IMG/VR virus record: IMGVR_UViG_3300047399_000093
Location: 1 to 38,685 of that record
Reading direction: 5' to 3' (one strand)
Source: a virus
Lineage: Duplodnaviria; Caudoviricetes
DNA length: 38,685 nucleotides
The position numbers and the translations under genes are program-made. Below are positions 9,292 through 18,567 of this stretch, piece after piece; the stretch's first letter is position 1; each line of letters opens with the position of its first letter. The notes under the pieces were generated by a model. That model had not been told where the DNA came from. It did no database searches and saw only the letters and a program-made list of their open reading frames with translations.

Positions 9292-10082
9292 TAGCCGACA
9301 ATCACAACACGGAACTGGTTAGACGTTGGCGCAGACGCAAACTTCACCGTGACCGAGTTGGTGGTTGTGCGCTCAATGTCGCACATGATCTCGTCATAGT
9401 TGCCGCTATTGCGATAGACCGCGACGCTCACGTCACGGGTGGCGAGGTTATGAGTCACCGTGTAGCTGGTGGCTGATCCATCGCCGATGTTCGATGCGAA
9501 GCGCTTCGGCTTGCCGCTCCAGGCCGCCAGCTTGGCGGGGGTGACGATCCGCTGGTCATCGGTGCCGCCGTCGGTTTCGGCCTGCGTGGCGACCTCAGCG
9601 ATGCCGGCGGTGCTCTCGGTGGCGGCCGGGGAGACGGAGCCGAAGACCTGCCAGACCAGATCAGTCGTGTCCAGCGTGGCGTTGACGACGGTTTGGCGGT
9701 AGCTCATGCCCGCGCTGGTGCCTTCCTCCACCACCGCCACGGCCTGTTCCAGCTCGGCGGCGGTGTTGGCATCCAGCGCCCGCGTCATCGGAGTGGAGGA
9801 ACCGTTCCAGATGTAGATGCCGTTCGCCGGAGCGGTCGTCTGCAGACGCACCAGCACACGATCGCCCGAGGACATCGTGATGCCGTCAATCGTGGCACCA
9901 GGCGAGGCGAGGTTGATGTTGCCCTGAGTGCTGACCCGGCAGCTGTCCTTCCACGCCAGGCCCTCGACCAAGGAGTCGACGTAGGACTTGTTGGCCGCAT
10001 CACCGGAGCTAACGGGGGCGGGCAGGTTCTGGATCTTCGAGACGTTCCCGAAGTCGAAGTCGGTAAGGATGGAACGAGCCAT
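9291..10082 (-). CDS. Fibre/decoration structural protein
   Basis: IQNLPAP..DAANKSYVD..LAWKDSCRV, GDRVLV..Q..NGIY, GIAEVATQAET and VTHNL motifs of phage fibre proteins. Confidence 0.8.
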   Translation of the reverse strand: MARSILTDFDFGNVSKIQNLPAPVSSGDAANKSYVDSLVEGLAWKDSCRVSTQGNINLASPGATIDGITMSSGDRVLVRLQTTAPANGIYIWNGSSTPMTRALDANTAAELEQAVAVVEEGTSAGMSYRQTVVNATLDTTDLVWQVFGSVSPAATESTAGIAEVATQAETDGGTDDQRIVTPAKLAAWSGKPKRFASNIGDGSATSYTVTHNLATRDVSVAVYRNSGNYDEIMCDIERTTTNSVTVKFASAPTSNQFRVVIVG

Positions 10083-10083
10083 T

Positions 10084-10437
10084 TCAGTTCAGCCTCGCAA
10101 GGCCGGCGATGGGTTGGTTGAAGTAGGCGATGCAGACATTCTCGCTGAGGTGGAGAATGTCCCCCTCGATCTCCTGGCCGCCGGAGTTCAGGAGCTCGAC
10201 ACTGGGGCGGAAGCCCAGGTTGTGCGGCATCGTCCAGGTGGGGGACGGCACCGGCTGGCTGTGGGTGTAGGAATTGGCCACCTCACCAGGAGGGCCCTGC
10301 GGTCCCGGGTGGATCACCTCCACAACGGCCGCCTGCGTCGGGCGGTCGATCTCCACCACCTGCACGCCGGCTTTTTCGACGACCTCGACACTGACCGGGG
10401 CCGCCTCGATGATCTCGACTGCGACCTGCAGAGTCAT
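10084..10437 (-). CDS. Small structural protein with a short collagen-like stretch
   Basis: GPQGPPG, YTHSQ..PSPTWTMPHNLG.RPSV. Confidence 0.7.
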   Translation of the reverse strand: MTLQVAVEIIEAAPVSVEVVEKAGVQVVEIDRPTQAAVVEVIHPGPQGPPGEVANSYTHSQPVPSPTWTMPHNLGFRPSVELLNSGGQEIEGDILHLSENVCIAYFNQPIAGLARLN

Positions 10438-10784
10438 GGTGTTACCGGTGGGGGAGAGCTGAAGTTTCGATCAAGGAAGGCGGTGCCCTCCAACCAGAAA
10501 TAGCGGTCGCCGCCAGGCTCGATGACCAGCAGATCCCACTGGCCGTCATTCGTGATCGCTGTCGTGGCTTGCCACTGGATCACCAGATCGAACAGGCCAT
10601 GCTCGCGGTCCACCCATTCGATCTGACCATCGGCCAGAAGCTGGATGCGGCGGCGATCCCAGACCTGCGCGACTAGCTGGTAGCCGGTGCAGTCCAGGGG
10701 CTCGCCATCGGCGCGCAGGCGCATCCGCTCGCGGAACGTGCCACGTTGCGGGATCGTGATGTCGCGCCGCCCGGGCCGGATCAT
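10434..10784 (-). CDS. BppU/LtfC-like fibre attachment protein
   Basis: Start MIRPGRRDITIPQRGTF (ATGA overlap); PLDCTGY..AQV...WDLLV...YFWLEG. Confidence 0.6.
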   Translation of the reverse strand: MIRPGRRDITIPQRGTFRERMRLRADGEPLDCTGYQLVAQVWDRRRIQLLADGQIEWVDREHGLFDLVIQWQATTAITNDGQWDLLVIEPGGDRYFWLEGTAFLDRNFSSPPPVTP

Positions 10785-11098
10785 CGGTTGCTCGTGCGAT
10801 GGAGCATCAGCAGCCACCCGTCGTGACCATCAGGCTGCGCATCGCGCACCTGCCAGGTCTTGCCCCGCACCTCCACCTCGTCGCTCTGCTGCGGCCGGAC
10901 CGGCAGGGCCGCCCCATTGACCAGCAACACGGGATGGGTGGAGCGGACCTGCACGCCGGTTTCCGGATCGAGCGCGACATGGCTGGCCTGGAACACGCCA
11001 CTGACTGGCCACTGCTCCCCACGGCGGCGGTAGACCACGGGCTCGCCCATGGTCCGCACCACCGCCCGCAGGGCATGACCAGCCAGGTCTGGCCGCAT
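10781..11098 (-). CDS. Head-tail joining protein (lambda gpFII-like)
   Basis: MGEPVVY...VSGVF...PQQSDEVEV...DAQPDGHDGWLLML; follows the capsid cement gene. Confidence 0.75.
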   Translation of the reverse strand: MRPDLAGHALRAVVRTMGEPVVYRRRGEQWPVSGVFQASHVALDPETGVQVRSTHPVLLVNGAALPVRPQQSDEVEVRGKTWQVRDAQPDGHDGWLLMLHRTSNR

Positions 11099-11460
11099 CA
11101 GACCACGAACTCGTTCAGACGCACCCGCGCGGCAGCGTCAGTGGTGGCCTTTGCTGCGGCGAACACACCCACGTAGGAGTTGTTGGTGCTGACCGGGGTG
11201 ATCTTCTTGGCGCTGTTGTCCCAGTAGGCCTTCGCCCACTCGGTTGCATCGGTGCTGGCGCCGGTGGCGGCGGTCAGCCCGTAGACGCCCTCGGTGTGAA
11301 TGTTGATGCTGTCGCCCTGCGCGCCATCGACGACGCACACACCGAACAGCGAACCGATCAGCACACCCTCGCCCGCTTTGCGAGCGTAGGGCAGCGTCAC
11401 CTGAATGTAATCGCCTTCCTGGATGTAACCCAGGCCGGTCGAAGGATCGAAGCCTTTCAT
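11098..11460 (-). CDS. DUF2190 capsid cement/decoration protein
   Basis: YIQEGD...GVLIGSLFGV...TEGVY...YWD...VRLN. Confidence 0.85.
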   Translation of the reverse strand: MKGFDPSTGLGYIQEGDYIQVTLPYARKAGEGVLIGSLFGVCVVDGAQGDSINIHTEGVYGLTAATGASTDATEWAKAYWDNSAKKITPVSTNNSYVGVFAAAKATTDAAARVRLNEFVV

Positions 11461-11496
11461 TGGAACCTCTCGATGTGGTGATCAGATGCGCCCAAA

Positions 11497-13416
11497 TCAG
11501 GCGCCGGTGGAGCGGTAAAAGCCCTGGTGCTGGCCGATGGCGCAGCCGAAGTCGTGGCGCAGGTAGGTCACGATGCCGTCAGGGTCGCGCTTGATCTCCG
11601 ACTCGATCGTCGGGCCGGCTTCACCTTCCAGGTAGCCGTAGATCAGCTTCGTCACGCCGGGATAATCACCGACGATGTAGAACTGCGCAGTGCTCGACGC
11701 ATCCAGACGCGGCTCGACGATCTTCTGCAGGTAGCCAGAGAAGATGTTGACGTTGGTGGTCTGGTTCGGAATGATCTGCGCGTTGAACTTGTCGAACGCA
11801 GTCTCCAGGGTGGTCGGCAGCAGGATGTACCTAGGCACCACGTAGAGCGGGTTCTTGCCGGTGAAGTCCTTCTGGTTCCGCATCGCTTGCCGCGCGGCAG
11901 AGATGGCGGTCTCGCCGATCACACCGGTTCCGGTGTTGTTGTGGCTGGCGTGGAACAGGGCCACACCATCGCTCATGCACTTGGCATTCCCGGTGATCAG
12001 GCCCCACATCTGGTTGGCCTCGAAGGTGGCGACGCCACGGGCCAGCACCTGCACAGCGCGGGTGATGTAGCCCAGGTTGTCGTTGATGATCAGCCGGCGG
12101 CCGATCACCAGCTTCTTGCCGTACTCGCTCAGGCTCCAGGAGCCCTGTTGCTCCTGCAGCGTCCCGGTCTTGTACTCGCCGCCTTCCTTGATCTCCTCCG
12201 GCAGCATCTGGCCGCCGACCTCGATCTCCTTCATCTCGCGGAAGTCGGGCAGGTTCCGCTGCTCCGCCATCGGCGCCCAGGTCTGCACCTCAGCCCCATA
12301 GGCGGCCTTCAGCGTCACGCGCTGGATGCTGGCCATCAGCAGCGGGAAGTCGCTGGTGCCGTGCATCGCACGCACCGCGATCTCCGACTTGTCCATGCCC
12401 CGGGCGCTGATGCCGGCAAGCTCCAGCGACTCGCGGGCCATGTCCAGCAGGGTGGTGCCGCGGTACTCGCGAGCAGCCTCAGCCTGGTCCAGGGTGGTGA
12501 GGCCGGCGCGGACCTTCAGATACTCGAGCTTGGCCGCGGCGCGCTTCTCGCCGTGGTCGTGGGTCACCTCGACACGGGAGAAGCCCGGGGTCTTGCGCTG
12601 CTCAGCCGACTGAGCATCGATCAGCTGCATGCGGGCCTCGTCGAGGGCGACGCCATCAGCGATCAGCTTGTGGGCCACGCTCTCGTCGACGCGCAGCTTG
12701 CGGGCGGCATCGAGGATGCCGGCGGTGCGGCGGCGCTCCTCGGCGCGCACGGCCTCGGCATCCACCACCGAGACGGTCATGGTGGCCTCAGCCGGCGCGG
12801 CCGCAGGAGCAGCAGCGCGGGACTCGATGTCCTGGGTGGGCTCGGGAGCCTGCACCCCATCAGCGGGAAGGGTCATGGATCGTTCCTTTTCAGGTTGGGT
12901 TGCAGGCGCCTCCTCAGAGCGCACCTGGGCCCCGGCATCAGCCGGGATCGGGACCAGCGAGAGCTCATAGGGCTCCCAGTCCACAGCACGCTCCACCGGC
13001 ACAGCGCCGGTTTCGTCGCGCTCCGTCTTGTGGACCTTGTAGCCCACGGAGACGTTGCGGTAGATGCCGTCGATCACATCCTGGAAGATGGGCTCGACGT
13101 CATCCCGCCGGCTGAACTTCACCAGGGCGCGGCCCTCGTTTCCATCCAGCCATGCTCGCTGCACCACACCAATCTGGCTGCGCAGCGAGAAGGAGTCGTG
13201 CGCATCGAGCAGCGGCCCGCCTGCATTCAGGCGGTCGAGCCTCACAGCGCCAGGCTGCAGACTCAGCTCCTCGATGTAGTCGCCGCGCGACCAGCTCGCG
13301 CGTCGCACCTGGGCGCCGGTCGACCAGACCAGCTCAACAGTTCGCTCCTCGACGTTGATCGTCTCTGGAGCGAACATCGCCCGGGTCTGCAACAGACCGT
13401 CGCTCGGCATTGGCAC
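11497..13416 (-). CDS. Prohead protease / major capsid protein fusion
   Basis: N-terminal protease motifs (LLDAH, NVSVGY, WEPYELSLVPIPAD) and a C-terminal capsid part (TSDFP, DF, IINDNLG, LFHASHNN, YGYLEG). Confidence 0.93.
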   Translation of the reverse strand: MPMPSDGLLQTRAMFAPETINVEERTVELVWSTGAQVRRASWSRGDYIEELSLQPGAVRLDRLNAGGPLLDAHDSFSLRSQIGVVQRAWLDGNEGRALVKFSRRDDVEPIFQDVIDGIYRNVSVGYKVHKTERDETGAVPVERAVDWEPYELSLVPIPADAGAQVRSEEAPATQPEKERSMTLPADGVQAPEPTQDIESRAAAPAAAPAEATMTVSVVDAEAVRAEERRRTAGILDAARKLRVDESVAHKLIADGVALDEARMQLIDAQSAEQRKTPGFSRVEVTHDHGEKRAAAKLEYLKVRAGLTTLDQAEAAREYRGTTLLDMARESLELAGISARGMDKSEIAVRAMHGTSDFPLLMASIQRVTLKAAYGAEVQTWAPMAEQRNLPDFREMKEIEVGGQMLPEEIKEGGEYKTGTLQEQQGSWSLSEYGKKLVIGRRLIINDNLGYITRAVQVLARGVATFEANQMWGLITGNAKCMSDGVALFHASHNNTGTGVIGETAISAARQAMRNQKDFTGKNPLYVVPRYILLPTTLETAFDKFNAQIIPNQTTNVNIFSGYLQKIVEPRLDASSTAQFYIVGDYPGVTKLIYGYLEGEAGPTIESEIKRDPDGIVTYLRHDFGCAIGQHQGFYRSTGA

Positions 13417-13440
13417 TCCTCATCCTCCTCGATTCTAGGG

Positions 13441-14994
13441 TCAGCCTGCAGGCGGCCTCGCGGCCGCTGGTGCCGGCGGCGGCGCAGGCTCCGTCGGCGG
13501 CTCGCCAGTCGGGGGCAGGGCCGACCCGACAGGCCGCGCCTGCGTCAGGCCCGCCGCGCTCACCTTCCGTGGGTCGCTGTCGAGCACCACACCAGCGGCA
13601 TCGAGCTGCTGGTTCCACTCGGCGTAGAGCTTCAGCACCTCATCCGGCTCATAGCCATCCAGGCGGATCGCTTCCTGCGGAGGCAGCAGGCCCGCACGCA
13701 CCCGGCTGAGCGTGGAGCTGGTTTCCGACTGCGGGTCGTAGAGCTCACGCTTCGGCGGCGTCCAGTCCGCGCTCAGCCCATCGGTCGCGATCCCAACGGC
13801 GCTCATCGCATCGAATGCCCAGCCGGCGATCCGGTCAAACAGCATCGGCGCCAACACCTGCCACGTCTCGGACTGCAGCCGTCGCTGGAAGCCGATCCAC
13901 CCCATCCGGCCCTGCGTGAAGCTGCCCCCCGAATAGTCGCCCGTCAGTTCCTCATAGGTGATGCCCACTCCCGCCGCGATCTCCAGCAGGTAAGTCTTGA
14001 CCACCTGGTTGATCTCGCCAGCTCCAGGTGGAGTGATCGACCTGATGTCCTGGCCGGGGCCCAGCCGCACAACGGCGCCAGGTTCGATCTTCTCCCCAAT
14101 CGTCGGCTTCTTGTCGCTCATGCCGTCGAGGTCAGTGATCGCCACGCTCATGCACGCCGCGATCTTCTGACTCATCAGCCGGGCATCGAGCAGATCGCCC
14201 AGGTCCTTCAGCCGCACCATCACCGGCGACAGGCAGCTGACGCCCCGCGACATCCCAGGCCGCTCTGGCGTGAACAGATGGATGATCTCCTCCGCCGGCA
14301 CCGTGTTGGCCACCTGGCTGACGGCCTGCACCGCACCCTCACCTGGGTGGTAGTTGTAGATCCAGAAGCGGTCGCGCCGGCCCTCCTCGTCGTAGACGAT
14401 CCCGCGCTTCGTGAAGCCACTGCCGGTCTCGGTGCCCACCGTGTCTTGGCTCTCGTCGATCCAGTCCCCCTCCATCACCTGCAGCTGCAGGGGGATCGTC
14501 AGCCCCAGGCGGCGCATCGTGGCGGCGCTCGGCCGGCGCATGCGCACCAGCACCTCGCCGCTCTCCTTCCAGCAGCGGACCGCCTGGGCCACCAGGCCAT
14601 CGAAGTTCTGCAGGCCGTGGTAATCGCACTGGCGCGGGTCCGCCATCCACGCCCGCATCAGCTCCGTCACTCGCTCACCCTGTCGGCCATTGCGCCTGGC
14701 CTGCTTTGCCTTGAAGCTCCAGCCGGAGCCGATCAGGTTCGTCACCCATGACTCGATCGCCTTGCGCGCATAGGGGTTGTTGCGCACCAGGTCTCGCGCC
14801 CGGTCGCGCATCACCCCGAACCCACGGGCCGTCGCAGCATCCGCGCTGCTGCCCTGCGTCACCCACCCATCCGTCCGCCGGCCGCGCGCTGCCGCGTCGT
14901 ACCGGCGCATCTGCTCCAGCTGCAGCCGGGCCGCCTGGCGTCGCAGCGCCGCCCTGGGGGCAATGGCCGCGAGGAACTGATCGAAGGGGTTCAT
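13441..14994 (-). CDS. Portal protein, lambda family
   Basis: YDAA..GRR..W, RARDLVRNN.YA, ESGEVL, IIHLF...RPG..RG, GITYEELTGD. Confidence 0.95.
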   Translation of the reverse strand: MNPFDQFLAAIAPRAALRRQAARLQLEQMRRYDAAARGRRTDGWVTQGSSADAATARGFGVMRDRARDLVRNNPYARKAIESWVTNLIGSGWSFKAKQARRNGRQGERVTELMRAWMADPRQCDYHGLQNFDGLVAQAVRCWKESGEVLVRMRRPSAATMRRLGLTIPLQLQVMEGDWIDESQDTVGTETGSGFTKRGIVYDEEGRRDRFWIYNYHPGEGAVQAVSQVANTVPAEEIIHLFTPERPGMSRGVSCLSPVMVRLKDLGDLLDARLMSQKIAACMSVAITDLDGMSDKKPTIGEKIEPGAVVRLGPGQDIRSITPPGAGEINQVVKTYLLEIAAGVGITYEELTGDYSGGSFTQGRMGWIGFQRRLQSETWQVLAPMLFDRIAGWAFDAMSAVGIATDGLSADWTPPKRELYDPQSETSSTLSRVRAGLLPPQEAIRLDGYEPDEVLKLYAEWNQQLDAAGVVLDSDPRKVSAAGLTQARPVGSALPPTGEPPTEPAPPPAPAAARPPAG

Positions 14995-15200
14995 TCGTAG
15001 TCGCGCACCACAGCCGGATAGTCGATCCGCACCACCGGCGATGAAGCCGCGGCCAAGCTGTTGGCGATCAGATTCCGTGCCTTCAGTATCTGGTCGATCG
15101 ACTGGTACTTCACCAGCTTGTCGTCGTACCTGACCTCCATGTAGCCGCCGGCAATCGCTTCCTCGATCGCCGCCAGATGCGCCTGCGTGAACGTGCTCAT
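14991..15200 (-). CDS. Head-tail joining protein gpW-like
   Basis: TQAHLAAIEEAIAGG..EVRYDDKLVKYQS; GGAGG RBS upstream; lies between TerL and portal. Confidence 0.85.
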   Translation of the reverse strand: MSTFTQAHLAAIEEAIAGGYMEVRYDDKLVKYQSIDQILKARNLIANSLAAASSPVVRIDYPAVVRDYE

Positions 15201-15228
15201 CCGGGCCACCTCCGTTCGGTCATGCTAC

Positions 15229-17145
15229 TCAGTCCCAGAACGACGACCTGGCGGCCGCCTGCGGCGATGCTTGATCCTCGTCATCATCCCGCGTCGCTGG
15301 CGCCGGCTGGGCCCGCTCAGCTCCGCCGGCCGCCTCGACGTCCCATCGCTCGTCGCTCCACCGATCCGCGCCAACCAGGGCCGCGGCCGTACGCGCATAG
15401 ACCCTGCAGTCGAGCGCCTCGTTCCGGGGCCGCGTCTTGATCCACTCGAACCTGTTGTAGCCACGCCGGTCCACCGTGTTCGTCAGCCGCTCGGCGCACA
15501 GCTGCCGGAACCACTCCTCGCCATACTGCGGGAAGTGGCACCAGCCGTGCGGCAGGCCCTCTCCCTCATCCGGCAGTGGCCGCCGCAGCCAGCCATAGAG
15601 CTCTGACTTCGCGGTGCCGGTGCCCACCGGCCACACCTTCACGCCGCCGCGCAGCGCCTTGCCGTTCCGCAGCACCTCCACCCGGCCCGGGGTGCCGATG
15701 ATCGCCGTCTGGCTCTCCTGGCCCTTGATCGCGATCACCCGCATACCGGCCTGGCCACGCACCCAGCGGTAGACCTCCTGGCTCCTGAAGCCTGAGTCGA
15801 TCGCCGTCATCCTGATCGGCAGCCGCTGCCCGTCGCCCCGGCCAAACTCCGACCGCACGAACAGCGACAGCTCGCGCCACACCGCCGGCTGCGCCGTGTC
15901 GCCCGCCAGCACCTGGTAGTCCAGGCTCCAGCTCTCCATGCCGCGCCCCCAGCCCACCACCTCCAGCTCGATGCGATCCATCTGCACGTCGATGCCGCAG
16001 GTGAGGAACACCACCGGATCGGGCACCGTGCCCAGCTCATAGGCCTCGCGGCGGTTGTAGAGCGCTTCCCAGTCCGGCGCCTCGCCGTCGTCGTTCCAGC
16101 ATTCCGCCAGCACCGTGTTGGTCCATGGCTTCAGCTCCGCCGGGTTGTCCTTCGCCTTCTCGTAGCCGACCACCGCATCGGTCCAGCTGAACCATCCCAG
16201 CGGCGCATAGAGCGCCGAGCAGTGGTAGCCCTGCACGCTCCGCTCTGGGAACGTCGCCTCCCACCAGTCGTCGCTGAACACCTCCGGGTCATACCACCAG
16301 GCCTTCGTGTCCTCCTCGATCCCTTCGCCGCACTCCTCGCAGATCAGCACCGGCGCGGTCCGCAGCGTGTTCGGCAGGCCCGGGTCCTTCGGGTCGTACC
16401 GGATCCGGTCCCACACGATCGCCTGCCGGTGCTTGCAGTGAGGGCAGGGCAGCAGCAGGTGCTGCTGGTTGCTGTCCTCCCACTTCGACCAGATCGCGCT
16501 GCGACCCGCGATCGTCGGCGTCGATGTCCAGGCCTGCTTCTTCCGCACGCCGAACGTCCGGGTGCGGGCCGTCACGATCGCCAGCGGGCTTCCTTCCTCG
16601 TCGACGTCGCTGGGCCAGCGGTCGATCTCATCCCCGCCCAGGTAGCGGATCGGCATCGATGCCAGGCCGCTCGCCGCGTTCGCCCCGCCAAGGATCAGGA
16701 AGCCCCCGGTGAACTCCTTCATCAGCTGCGTGTTGCCGCTGTCCCGCTCCCGCGGCGCCTTCACCTTCTCCTGCAGGCTCGGGCTCGCCTCGATCATCGG
16801 GGCGATGCGCATCTTGCTGTAGCGCTTCGCCAGGTCGATCGTCGGCTGCACGAACAGCGCCGGCCCTGGCGCGATGTCCATCGTGTAGCCGGTCCAGTTG
16901 TTCAGCGCCTCGCTCTTGCCCATCTGCGAGCCAAACACCAGCACCACCTCCTGCACCGTGCTGGTGGCCGAAAGGTCGTTCATGGCCTTGCGGAGATAAG
17001 GGGTCCTCGCCGTTCTCCACGGACCGTGCTCACTCGAGGCCTTCGGGCTCAGGATCCGCCGTTGGTCCGCCCACTCGCTGACCGTCAGCAGCGGGTCAGG
17101 CTCCAGCCCCCGTCTGAACGCACGCCGGCACTCCTCAATCAGCAT
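15229..17145 (-). CDS. Terminase large subunit, lambda GpA family
   Basis: TVSEWAD..R, TPY, SQMGKSE (Walker A), LASMPIRYL.GDEIDR (Walker B), STPT, CPHC, GIDVQ.DR, RNEALDC.VY. Confidence 0.97.
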   Translation of the reverse strand: MLIEECRRAFRRGLEPDPLLTVSEWADQRRILSPKASSEHGPWRTARTPYLRKAMNDLSATSTVQEVVLVFGSQMGKSEALNNWTGYTMDIAPGPALFVQPTIDLAKRYSKMRIAPMIEASPSLQEKVKAPRERDSGNTQLMKEFTGGFLILGGANAASGLASMPIRYLGGDEIDRWPSDVDEEGSPLAIVTARTRTFGVRKKQAWTSTPTIAGRSAIWSKWEDSNQQHLLLPCPHCKHRQAIVWDRIRYDPKDPGLPNTLRTAPVLICEECGEGIEEDTKAWWYDPEVFSDDWWEATFPERSVQGYHCSALYAPLGWFSWTDAVVGYEKAKDNPAELKPWTNTVLAECWNDDGEAPDWEALYNRREAYELGTVPDPVVFLTCGIDVQMDRIELEVVGWGRGMESWSLDYQVLAGDTAQPAVWRELSLFVRSEFGRGDGQRLPIRMTAIDSGFRSQEVYRWVRGQAGMRVIAIKGQESQTAIIGTPGRVEVLRNGKALRGGVKVWPVGTGTAKSELYGWLRRPLPDEGEGLPHGWCHFPQYGEEWFRQLCAERLTNTVDRRGYNRFEWIKTRPRNEALDCRVYARTAAALVGADRWSDERWDVEAAGGAERAQPAPATRDDDEDQASPQAAARSSFWD

Positions 17146-17695
17146 CAGCCGCCAATCCCTCAAGGGCCTTCACCAGATGGCGCTCCAGCACCAGCAGCAC
17201 CTCCGCCCGCTGCTCCGGGGTGAGCCCCCCGGCGGCCCGCGCAATGTCGCCGATCATCAGCTGCGGCGTCCGCCGCAACGAGTCCCGCACCCGCCGGCCC
17301 TCCTCGAACCACACGCGCTCCACATCCGCCTTCGGCACCAGCAGGGCCTGGCGCTCTTTCAGGTCGAGCTCCAGCAGCTTCGCCTGGTAGAGCGTCCGCA
17401 GCGCCTGCGCCTGCGCGTGACTCGGCGCCTTCGCCATCACATCCGGCGCCCCACCACCGCCAAGTGGTGGCTGCCGCTGCTCGATCTCCCGCGCACGCTC
17501 CGCCGCGGCGCCACGCTGCTTCGCCGGTGACGTGTTCCGGGCCCACTCCTGGTCAGCGATCTCCGGGTCGATCTGCCAGCGCCGCTTCCCTGCCTGCACC
17601 GCACCCTTCACGATGCGGCCGTCAGCGATCGCCTTCCGCACCGCCCGACCCGTCACGCCGCGCTGCTCGGCGTACTCGTCAGGGGAGATCAGCAC
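17135..17695 (-). CDS. Terminase small subunit (Nu1-like)
   Basis: N-terminal HTH (EYAEQRGVTGRAVRKAIADGRI), coiled coil YQAKLLELDLKER..LVPKADVE; immediately upstream of TerL. Confidence 0.85.
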   Translation of the reverse strand: MLISPDEYAEQRGVTGRAVRKAIADGRIVKGAVQAGKRRWQIDPEIADQEWARNTSPAKQRGAAAERAREIEQRQPPLGGGGAPDVMAKAPSHAQAQALRTLYQAKLLELDLKERQALLVPKADVERVWFEEGRRVRDSLRRTPQLMIGDIARAAGGLTPEQRAEVLLVLERHLVKALEGLAADAD

Positions 17696-17967
17696 AGCTC
17701 AACGAAGAAGCCTTGCTCCGCCAGCTTCCGGCCCACACCAGGCGGGAACGGACGCATCAGCTGGATCGGTGTGTCGGTCCCGGTCATCCCGCGCACCAGC
17801 GTCACCAGCTGGTCAACCAGCATCACCGTGTGGCCGCGGCCCTCCAGCATCTCCTCGACCGTCACCTCGGGGCCCACCGCGCCGAACCGAATGCGCATCG
17901 GCCAGGCCCTCACGTGACCGTCGGGGCCCCACTGGCAGCCATAGGCGATCTGCGCCACCTCAATCAT
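17689..17967 (-). CDS. Hypothetical protein, possible degenerate QueE-like fragment lacking the Fe-S motif
   Basis: MIEVAQIAYGCQWGPDGHVRAWPMRIRFG loosely mirrors the QueE N-terminus (I.EIF.SIQGEG...FIRF.GC); no CxxxCxxC. Confidence 0.45.
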   Translation of the reverse strand: MIEVAQIAYGCQWGPDGHVRAWPMRIRFGAVGPEVTVEEMLEGRGHTVMLVDQLVTLVRGMTGTDTPIQLMRPFPPGVGRKLAEQGFFVELC

Positions 17968-18340
17968 CGAACCCAGCAACGAACGGCCTCGTGCAGGTTG
18001 CAGGTGCATCCTGCCAGGGCATGCGCACCCTGGTGCCGCGCGTCGCCTTCATCACCGACGGCCCGCAGCACGTCATGCTCACCCATGACCACAGCTCACC
18101 GATCTCCGCCCGCAGGTAGCGCGGCGCTCCCTCGAGGACGCCATAGACCAGCAGGCCGCCGGCTCGCGGCCGCTCCGTCACCTCCAGACCCAGGCGGTCT
18201 GCCAGCGCCCAGGCCAGCAGCTTGCCGCCGCGGTCCATCCCACACACGCCCGTCAGATCACGCCGGCACTGTGCAGCGATCAGATCCACCGCCGCATCGA
18301 AGCCCGGCCAGGTCAAGGAGAGGGTTGGGGGAGTGTCCAT
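17960..18340 (-). CDS. Degenerate type I phosphoribosyltransferase-like protein
   Basis: LTWPGFDAAVDLIA...GVCGMDRGGKLLAWALADRLGL and C-terminal VRMPWQ match Gpt-like PRTases; the PRPP loop (VDD..DTG) reads LVYGVLEGA. Confidence 0.65.
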   Translation of the reverse strand: MDTPPTLSLTWPGFDAAVDLIAAQCRRDLTGVCGMDRGGKLLAWALADRLGLEVTERPRAGGLLVYGVLEGAPRYLRAEIGELWSWVSMTCCGPSVMKATRGTRVRMPWQDAPATCTRPFVAGFDD

Positions 18341-18363
18341 GTCAGGTCACACCCCCAACTCGA

Positions 18364-18537
18364 TCAGCGACCGTTCTTGGTGAACCTGGGAGCGTAGCTT
18401 GAAGGCAGACTGGTTGACTTGAATCGCTTGTTGGCCTGCTGCATCTGATAGCGGGCCTTGGCCTTGCGCCCAGCAGCCACACTTGACCCGCCGGATGCCC
18501 GGCCACTCCCCTTACGGCCTCCGCCACTGCCGGCCAT
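18364..18537 (-). CDS. 57-aa basic Gly/Ser/Lys/Arg-rich peptide (not in the ORF track)
   Basis: MAGSGGGRKGSGRASGGSSVAAGRKAKARYQMQQANKRFKSTSLPSSYAPRFTKNGR*; AGAGGAG RBS 7 nt upstream; TAGAGT -10-like box at 18565-18570. Confidence 0.75.
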   Translation of the reverse strand: MAGSGGGRKGSGRASGGSSVAAGRKAKARYQMQQANKRFKSTSLPSSYAPRFTKNGR

Positions 18538-18567
18538 TCGATTGCTCCTCTGGTCGCCGCCATGACT

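Noticed and set aside
11527-14751. 1074-aa plus-strand ORF (also 1667-4465, 20807-22576, 36501-37649 and similar)
   Set aside because: These are antisense shadows of well-supported genes in high-GC DNA and show no recognisable motifs
18342-18563. 73-aa ORF from the track
   Set aside because: It has no RBS, and the overlapping frame 18364-18537 has a strong RBS and a coherent composition
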